From Clostridia bacterium (GTDB taxonomy: Bacteria; Bacillota; Clostridia; RGIG7378), in contig JAFYSJ010000002.1 of the NCBI GenBank assembly GCA_017559445.1, positions 36,087-100,086 of the forward strand: DNA of 64,000 nt, given 5' to 3'. This document shows positions 58,248 through 64,000 of this stretch, piece by piece (the stretch's first letter is position 1; every line of letters starts with the position of its first letter). Below the pieces are notes generated by a model, which saw only the letters and a program-made list of their open reading frames with translations, did not search any database and had not been told where the DNA came from. The position numbers were made by a program, and so were the translations under genes.

Positions 58248-58931
58248 TTAGAACTCTCTCTTCTTAAGAACTACTGCACCACCGATAACTGCTGCTACTG
58301 CAACAACTGCGATGGAAACAACACCTGTCTCCTCAACTGGTGCATCCTCTGTAGCTGCATCCTCTGTCTCAGCAGGTGTCTCTTCTGTTGCGCCAGGAAG
58401 AGTTACCTTAACTGCCTCAGCTGCAAGAGTAAGACCCTTACCTGTGAAGTTAGCTGCATCAAGAGTAACGTCTGTGCCGTTAACCTTAATACCTGCAACT
58501 GTCATAACAGAACCATCTGCAGGCTGAGCCTCTGTGTTGTCCTCTGTGTAGTAGAAGAATGCAACCATCATACCCTCACATGCTGCTGTTGCCTTGAATG
58601 TAAGCTCATACCAGCCATCGCCAAGGTCCTTTGCCCATGTCTCATCAATTGCCTGTCCGTTGATGAACTTGTCACCACCGTCATAAACTCTAGCTGTAAG
58701 GCTCTTAACCTTAGCTGTAGCGCCAGTAGCTACGTCTGTGATGTCAGGAAGCTGTACTGTAAGTACTACTTCATCATTAGCTGCAAGTGTAACGCCTGCA
58801 ATGTTGTACTGGAATCTTGTCTGTGTTGTAGCTGTAGCTGTAAGCTTAACTGCGTCAACGTCTGCGAATGCAACTGCAGATACAGAAAGAACCATAACAA
58901 CTGCAATAAGAGCTGCTAAAATCTTCTTCAT
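58248..58931 (-). CDS. Surface-protein paralogue E (227 aa): signal peptide, GWYELTFK core, anchor module type 2
   Basis: MKKILAALIAVVMVLSVSAVAFA. C-terminus ATEDAPVEETGVVSIAVVAVAAVIGGAVVLKKREF. Confidence 0.7.
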   Translation of the reverse strand: MKKILAALIAVVMVLSVSAVAFADVDAVKLTATATTQTRFQYNIAGVTLAANDEVVLTVQLPDITDVATGATAKVKSLTARVYDGGDKFINGQAIDETWAKDLGDGWYELTFKATAACEGMMVAFFYYTEDNTEAQPADGSVMTVAGIKVNGTDVTLDAANFTGKGLTLAAEAVKVTLPGATEETPAETEDAATEDAPVEETGVVSIAVVAVAAVIGGAVVLKKREF

Positions 58932-59031
58932 TTTTGTTACCTCTCAAAATATTAATTAATATTAGGGTATTCCCCTAATGCGAATTTTACATCATGAATC
59001 CAATGAAATCAACATTTAATTTTCTTGCACG

Positions 59032-59060
59032 AAAAAGAGGCAGAGCCTAAGCCCTGCCTC
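59032..59060 (-). terminator. Terminator after paralogue F
   Basis: Hairpin gaggcagggcttaggctctgcctc plus TTTTT. Confidence 0.55.
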
Positions 59061-59088
59061 AAATAACCTAAAACTTTATCGTTCTAAA

Positions 59089-61335
59089 TTAGAACTCCTT
59101 CTTCTTAAGAACAACTGCGCCGCCCATAATTGCTACCATAGCAACTACTGCGATAGAGATAGCACCTGTCTCCTCAGGTGTAACATCCTCTGTAATCTCA
59201 GCTGTAACAACCTCAACTACAAGGCCCTCTACTACGATAACTGTTGTGCCTGCCTCATATGCCTCACCGTTTACTGTAACGGATACAAGCTCATAACCCT
59301 CAGCAACCTCAACCTCAACTACAACCTCTGTGCCTTCGTCAATATCGCCCTCAAGAACATTACCCTCAGCATCCTTAAGAACAACTGTAGCATTCTCAGC
59401 TGTTACGTCAGGAGCGAAGATTCTAGTTGTAGCAACCATAACCTCAATACCTTCGTCTGCAATGATGCTCTTGCCAGACTCGAACTCTTCGCCGTTTACC
59501 AAGATGCCTGTAACAACGAAGCCCTCTAAAGCCTCAACCTCAATTGTGTACTCATACTTCTCTGTAAGAGCTTCCTCACCTGGGTTAACTACGTTGCCGT
59601 CAATATCCTTTACAACAACAGTAGCGCCTGCGCCTGTTACGATAAGCTGAAGAGCATCTCTTGTTGGAAGCTCAACACCTGTTGCATCAAGGAGATCTGG
59701 TTCAACAACATTGCTGTTGTTGTCTGTAACAACAGTTGTCTCGTCAAGAGCAACACCATTCACTGTAATGTTGGCAACTGCTGTTGCACCGATAGCACCA
59801 TCTGTTACATTGCCTCCATCTACAGAGAACTCAAGCTTAGAGACATCCTCTTGGAGAACGCACTCAATGTAGTACCAACCTGTCTCTTCTCCTTCGTAAA
59901 GCAAAGGAAGTGCATAGTCTACAATGTGCTTACCACTATAAACTTCATCATCTGTTCCAAGATACAATGCCTTAGCACTCTTACGAACATACATATCTGT
60001 CTTGTCAACCTCTGCTGAATCTCCAATATATACAAGGAATGTAACAACATCACCTGTCTTGAACTCATACTCTACAAAGATAGTATTTCTGCTGGAACTC
60101 TTTGCTGGCATCTCGTAGCCCAACCACCAAATTGTCTCTGTGTCCTGTGCCTGCCAATAGAAAACTGCAGAAATCCAATTAATCTTTGTATACTTCTCAA
60201 CAATTACAAGTTCAGAACCGTCGTCCCATGTATATGTAACTGTGTTCTCCTGAGAATTATCAACTACCTGATCATCATTGAAGGAAGCTGTCTTATCGCC
60301 GATCTTAAGATCGTCAATAATAATAATGCTTGCATCTGGATCAGAAACAACAAATCTAAAGAAAATACCTGTCTGCTCTGCAAGGTTCTTATATGTAACC
60401 TTATAGAAACCATCTCCCAAATCCTCAATAACAAGGTCAGAAGCAAGAGAAGCAGTCTTAATAGAGCCACTCAATCCTTCTGCATTAGCAGTAACTGCAA
60501 TAAGCTTGTTATTTGCGCTTGCATCTCTTACAGAAATCTCAGAGAAGGAGAATTCACTTTCAGAGTCATTGTAAACAACAAAAGAAACCTCTGCGTCTGC
60601 AGCAACGGACTCTTTAACAACGAACTGAATGTACTTATCATTCTCGCCCTCTGCCATACCGTTAGCCATAAAGCCTACCAAATAGTTAACTTCTAACTCT
60701 GCTCCACCCTCAACTACAAGAGATGCTGCCCAATCAAAGCCATTAACACTTCTCTCGATTGTGAACTCTGTACCATCATCATACTTAAGGGATGCGGCGT
60801 TCTTGTCTGCGAACTCTACAACATTTGCCTCGCCAAAAGAGCAAACTTTATCACCAACTGTAAGATTATCTACATCCAATGCAGCATAACCAAATGCAAT
60901 GTGAAGACCATCAGCAAGGTCTACTGTGATCTGGAAGGATACTCTGTACCAACCATCCTCAAGTGCTGTGAAAGATACTGTATCCATCGCAACAGTACCA
61001 TTATTCTTTGCCTCACCAACCTGCTCATTTACACTCCATGTGCCAGGAGTAGAAGAGCTAGGCTTTGCATAGAACAACTTTCTAGCGCCATTGTGTGTAC
61101 GAACGTCAAAAATACCACCATCATTAGTTGCTTCACCAATAGGTCTAAAATCAAATGTAACTACATCTCCTGCTGCAATTGACACAACCATGTTTAACTG
61201 GTTCTCGGGTCTGCTTGGGTAATCTTCCAAAGCTTCAACATGCATGTAAGATGTTGCCTCATCAGCAAATGCCATAGTTGGAACCAATGTCATAACCATT
61301 GCAACTGCAAGAAGAATAGCTAAAAACTTCTTCAT
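59089..61335 (-). CDS. Surface-protein paralogue F (748 aa): signal peptide, several beta-rich repeat domains, GWYYIECV core, anchor module type 2 variant (TPEETGAISIAVVAMVAIMGGAVVLKKKEF)
   Basis: Start set at MKKFLAILLAV with RBS ggagga. Carries internal Ig-like repeats (VVTGILVNGEEFESG / LVSVTVNGEAYEAG). Confidence 0.7.
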   Translation of the reverse strand: MKKFLAILLAVAMVMTLVPTMAFADEATSYMHVEALEDYPSRPENQLNMVVSIAAGDVVTFDFRPIGEATNDGGIFDVRTHNGARKLFYAKPSSSTPGTWSVNEQVGEAKNNGTVAMDTVSFTALEDGWYRVSFQITVDLADGLHIAFGYAALDVDNLTVGDKVCSFGEANVVEFADKNAASLKYDDGTEFTIERSVNGFDWAASLVVEGGAELEVNYLVGFMANGMAEGENDKYIQFVVKESVAADAEVSFVVYNDSESEFSFSEISVRDASANNKLIAVTANAEGLSGSIKTASLASDLVIEDLGDGFYKVTYKNLAEQTGIFFRFVVSDPDASIIIIDDLKIGDKTASFNDDQVVDNSQENTVTYTWDDGSELVIVEKYTKINWISAVFYWQAQDTETIWWLGYEMPAKSSSRNTIFVEYEFKTGDVVTFLVYIGDSAEVDKTDMYVRKSAKALYLGTDDEVYSGKHIVDYALPLLYEGEETGWYYIECVLQEDVSKLEFSVDGGNVTDGAIGATAVANITVNGVALDETTVVTDNNSNVVEPDLLDATGVELPTRDALQLIVTGAGATVVVKDIDGNVVNPGEEALTEKYEYTIEVEALEGFVVTGILVNGEEFESGKSIIADEGIEVMVATTRIFAPDVTAENATVVLKDAEGNVLEGDIDEGTEVVVEVEVAEGYELVSVTVNGEAYEAGTTVIVVEGLVVEVVTAEITEDVTPEETGAISIAVVAMVAIMGGAVVLKKKEF

Positions 61336-61389
61336 ATTTGTTTCCTCCATTTATTTATTGGATTAATTTCCATTTAAAAGAATATCACT

Positions 61390-61415
61390 CTGCACAATAC
61401 AATTCAATGTGCAAA
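61390..61415. promoter_or_regulatory. Palindrome TGCACAAT-N10-TGTGCAAA upstream of paralogue F
   Basis: ctgcacaatacaattcaatgtgcaaac. Confidence 0.4.
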
Positions 61416-61602
61416 CAAGCTTTTTGTCACTTTCTACAATCTGCAATCTAATAATTTATGCAAAACAACAACTCTTCTTATCTGTTTCACAATATAACCA
61501 ATTTTTTGTCATTATTTTTGTACACAATTTAGTCATATTTCTGTGCCATTGATCACATTTTTTGGTATAATTCCTTTATATACCTTATATATGGAGGTAC
61601 AT

Positions 61603-62418
61603 ATGAATTTTTGGGCTAGGTTAATAGAAATTCTTCAAACAGAAGCAACATGTCCCACCAGTTACGGTTGGTTCCACCTTGTTTGGGTAGCGATTATTAT
61701 TGCCTCAACCGTTTCCTTGTGTTACTTCTACCGCAACGCAGATGACAAACAATATCGTAAGATTATGCTTATTATGTGGGTGGCAATGGTTGCCTTCGAG
61801 ACATTTAAGCAGCTCATGTATATATTCTCCGTTTCCGATGGTGTCGTGGAAGCAGACTATAGTTGGTACGTGTTCCCATTCCAGCTTTGTGGTACACCTC
61901 TTTTTGTTCTTCCTTTTATCATTTGGGGTAAGGATAGCTCATTTAGAGACGCCATCATGGCATTCATTTGTATATTCTCTTTCTTTGGTGGATTAGTAAC
62001 ATATATCTACCCCGAGGATGTTTTCATCGCAGAGGTTGGCATTAGCCTTCAGTCCATGTTCCATCACGGATCTCAGATTGTTATGGGCATTTTCACCATC
62101 ACACATTTGAGGAAAAGATATGACCTTTCCCTGTACAAAAAGGGCGCAATTGCATTTGCTGCACTTTGTGGAGTGGCGCTTATTCTCGATGTAGTTGGCT
62201 ATAAACTTTTAAGAGCAGCTGGCATGGATGATACATTCAACATGTTCTTTATTAGTCCTTACTTTGAGTGCTCTCTTCCAGTTCTTAACAAGATCGATCA
62301 GGCTTTGCCATACGTACCTTTCTTGGCACTCTACATTTTTGGATTCTTGCTCATCGGCTTTGTAATGTTCTGGATTCAGAAGGGCTGCATCAAATTGGCA
62401 ACAAGAAAGCATTCTTAA
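61603..62418 (+). CDS. Polytopic membrane protein of unknown function, paralogue-like to the protein at 17397-18176
   Basis: 271 aa. RBS ggaggt before MNFWARL. Motif FPFQLCG and 7-8 TM segments. Confidence 0.45.
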   Translation: MNFWARLIEILQTEATCPTSYGWFHLVWVAIIIASTVSLCYFYRNADDKQYRKIMLIMWVAMVAFETFKQLMYIFSVSDGVVEADYSWYVFPFQLCGTPLFVLPFIIWGKDSSFRDAIMAFICIFSFFGGLVTYIYPEDVFIAEVGISLQSMFHHGSQIVMGIFTITHLRKRYDLSLYKKGAIAFAALCGVALILDVVGYKLLRAAGMDDTFNMFFISPYFECSLPVLNKIDQALPYVPFLALYIFGFLLIGFVMFWIQKGCIKLATRKHS

Positions 62419-62496
62419 ATAGACAACTTTAGTATATCTTTTTAGCGTGCTGTCTTTTATAATCGAAATATAAATAATAAACGGAGGAACCCACAC

Positions 62497-63528
62497 ATGA
62501 CACCAAAGATGTTTTGTTATCATTGCTATATGAAGACTCCAGAGGATTTAACTGGTTTTGTCGCATTAGCTCTTAACAACCTTATCCCCATGGGATATGA
62601 CACCTTTATTGCCGAAATCGGACACAACGTAATTACTAGAAGCCATCCTGAGATCGCAGGTGGCACAGTACATATCGACCAGGTTAAGGAAGCTGCTGAG
62701 GCTATTGCTAAGGCTGGCGGACAGTTGATCCCATTGTTCAACTGCTTTGGTCATCAGGGTTGGCAGTGTGAGCGTAACGGTTTGCTTCAGGCATATCCTG
62801 AGTTTGACGAGACACCTGAGTATACAGAGGAGTCTCACCCAGACAATTTCTACACACCTTCCTGGTGCGGAAACAAGCCTGAGATTTACAACATTGTACT
62901 TCCTGTAATCGACGAGCTTATCGACGCAACAAATTGTAAGTACTTCCACGTTGGTATGGATGAAATTTTCGAAATGGCACATTGCCCTGCATGTAAGGAT
63001 ATTCCTCGTCCAGAGCTTATGGCCAAGAACGTTAAGATTCTTCATGACCACCTTACTAAGCGCGGCGTTCGTATGATGATGTGGGGTGATAGACTTATCG
63101 ACACAAATATCTGCTTCGGCCACACATGGGAGGCAGATATCTACGGCACATGGCCTGCAGTAGATATGATTCCAAAGGATATTATCATCACAGACTGGCA
63201 CTATGAGCACACAGAGTTCCCATCTGTTCATATGTTCATGGAGAAGGGCTTTGACGTAATCCCATCCACATTCATGACAAACCACAGCGTAAAGGCTATG
63301 AGCAATATGGTTTATGGTAGCGGCGCTCCTGGTGAAGTGCCACTTATCAACAATGAGCATATGTTGGGTATGTGCGTAACTAACTGGATTGGTGGCAACA
63401 GCAACAGCGAGATTGACACAATGCTTACAACAACACGTCCAGGTGTTAGCCAGATGGGTCAGACAATCCGCGACGTAGCAGCATGGCATACAGCATACCT
63501 TGATCCTTCCAAGAGAAGAAGATGGTAA
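62497..63528 (+). CDS. Cytoplasmic protein with a GH20-like (beta-N-acetylhexosaminidase-like) catalytic-core motif. Function uncertain.
   Basis: 343 aa. RBS ggagga. Motif FHVGMDEIFEMAHCPAC resembles the H-x-G-x-D-E catalytic stretch of GH20-fold enzymes. No signal peptide. Confidence 0.4.
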   Translation: MTPKMFCYHCYMKTPEDLTGFVALALNNLIPMGYDTFIAEIGHNVITRSHPEIAGGTVHIDQVKEAAEAIAKAGGQLIPLFNCFGHQGWQCERNGLLQAYPEFDETPEYTEESHPDNFYTPSWCGNKPEIYNIVLPVIDELIDATNCKYFHVGMDEIFEMAHCPACKDIPRPELMAKNVKILHDHLTKRGVRMMMWGDRLIDTNICFGHTWEADIYGTWPAVDMIPKDIIITDWHYEHTEFPSVHMFMEKGFDVIPSTFMTNHSVKAMSNMVYGSGAPGEVPLINNEHMLGMCVTNWIGGNSNSEIDTMLTTTRPGVSQMGQTIRDVAAWHTAYLDPSKRRRW

Positions 63529-63536
63529 GTCATTAG

Positions 63537-63562
63537 TTAGCCGCTCGTTTCACTCGCTAACG
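63537..63562. repeat. Short remnant of the CTAGTGAGCCGC repeat family (locus F)
   Basis: ttagccgctcgtttcactcgctaacg matches the unit tacgctcgtttcactcgctagtg of locus B. Confidence 0.35.
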
Positions 63563-63734
63563 AAAATAAATTATCTAAAGCAATCGTTAAAAGACGGTTG
63601 CTTTTTTGTTTGTCGAACGAGTATAGTGACCTTGGCAGAAACGGGAGGTGGAATTTCCCACAAGCGCAACTTTGACTCACGCACATTATTTCTATATAAT
63701 ATATTGTGCGAATGTCACAAAAGGGGGTGCGCAT

Positions 63735-64000
63735 ATGGACAATAAAGAGTTAATCAGCAACATATTAGAAGCATCAACAAATGGAGTAATTACTACCAAA
63801 GATATTAATTCCGCAGGATTACATCGCAATGTATTGCAAAAACTTGTTATTACAGGAGAGCTTACGCGCTTTGGAAGAGGATTATATATTCGCAACAATG
63901 TTTGGGAAGATGATTTTTACATGCTCCAATCCAAATATAGTCGCGGTGTTTTTTCTCACGAAACTGCCCTATATTTATGGGGATATACTGATCGAACTCC
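63735..64000 (+). CDS. AbiEi-like antitoxin (N-terminal AbiEi_4 domain). The 3' end is truncated by the window end.
   Basis: MDNKELISNILEASTNGVITTKDINSAGLHRNVLQKLVITGELTRFGRGLYIR matches the AbiEi N-terminal HTH-like pattern (..vitskda..lGisrsaLsrLvksGeLervsrGvY). RBS aaggggg. Confidence 0.55.
   Translation, partial: MDNKELISNILEASTNGVITTKDINSAGLHRNVLQKLVITGELTRFGRGLYIRNNVWEDDFYMLQSKYSRGVFSHETALYLWGYTDRT

Noticed and set aside
54654-61350. Canonical LPXTG sortase substrates
   Set aside because: None of the six proteins contains LPXTG, NPQTN or similar. They end in ...EETG or ...IITG followed by a hydrophobic helix and a basic tail, so only a sorting-signal-like architecture can be claimed.
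1-64000. Prophage, integrase, transposase or rRNA genes
   Set aside because: No integrase, transposase or recombinase motifs, phage structural genes or rRNA-like segments were recognised anywhere in the window.

Overview
This 64-kb window comes from a low-GC, spore-forming Firmicute that looks Clostridia-like. It carries spoIIR, spmA/spmB, ricT (yaaT), a yabE-like 3D-domain gene and Bacillus-type gene neighbourhoods: metG-tatD-yabE-ksgA, yabB-yabC (rsmI), lspA-rluD and rny-ymdB. Most genes lie on the minus strand. Housekeeping content: coaX (truncated at the window start), three ABC uptake systems, tRNA-Leu(CAG), engB, murT/gatD, a MOP flippase, pncB, mreB-like, dut, ftsK, and an oadA-like biotin decarboxylase with a separate biotin carrier. 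Three regions look accessory or unusual. First, a roughly 12.5-kb carbohydrate-uptake-like locus at 27273-39791 has four sugar permeases, a 1021-aa secreted protein whose C-terminal half resembles a sugar solute-binding protein, an 859-aa secreted protein, and a fusion of an NHL-like beta-propeller with a Yip1-like membrane domain. It has no ATPase, regulator or recognisable glycoside hydrolase. Second, six paralogous cell-surface proteins sit in tandem at 54654-61350, each a separate transcription unit. They carry two non-canonical C-terminal anchor modules ending in ...TG-hydrophobic-KKREF/KKKK, and several have a shared palindromic operator upstream. Third, a dispersed family of CTAGTGAGCCGC mini-hairpin tandem repeats occurs at six intergenic loci, and one structured element of about 115 bp is present as two inverted copies. 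The window ends inside an AbiEi-like antitoxin gene. All calls rest on reading the translated ORFs and the raw sequence. No database search was run.
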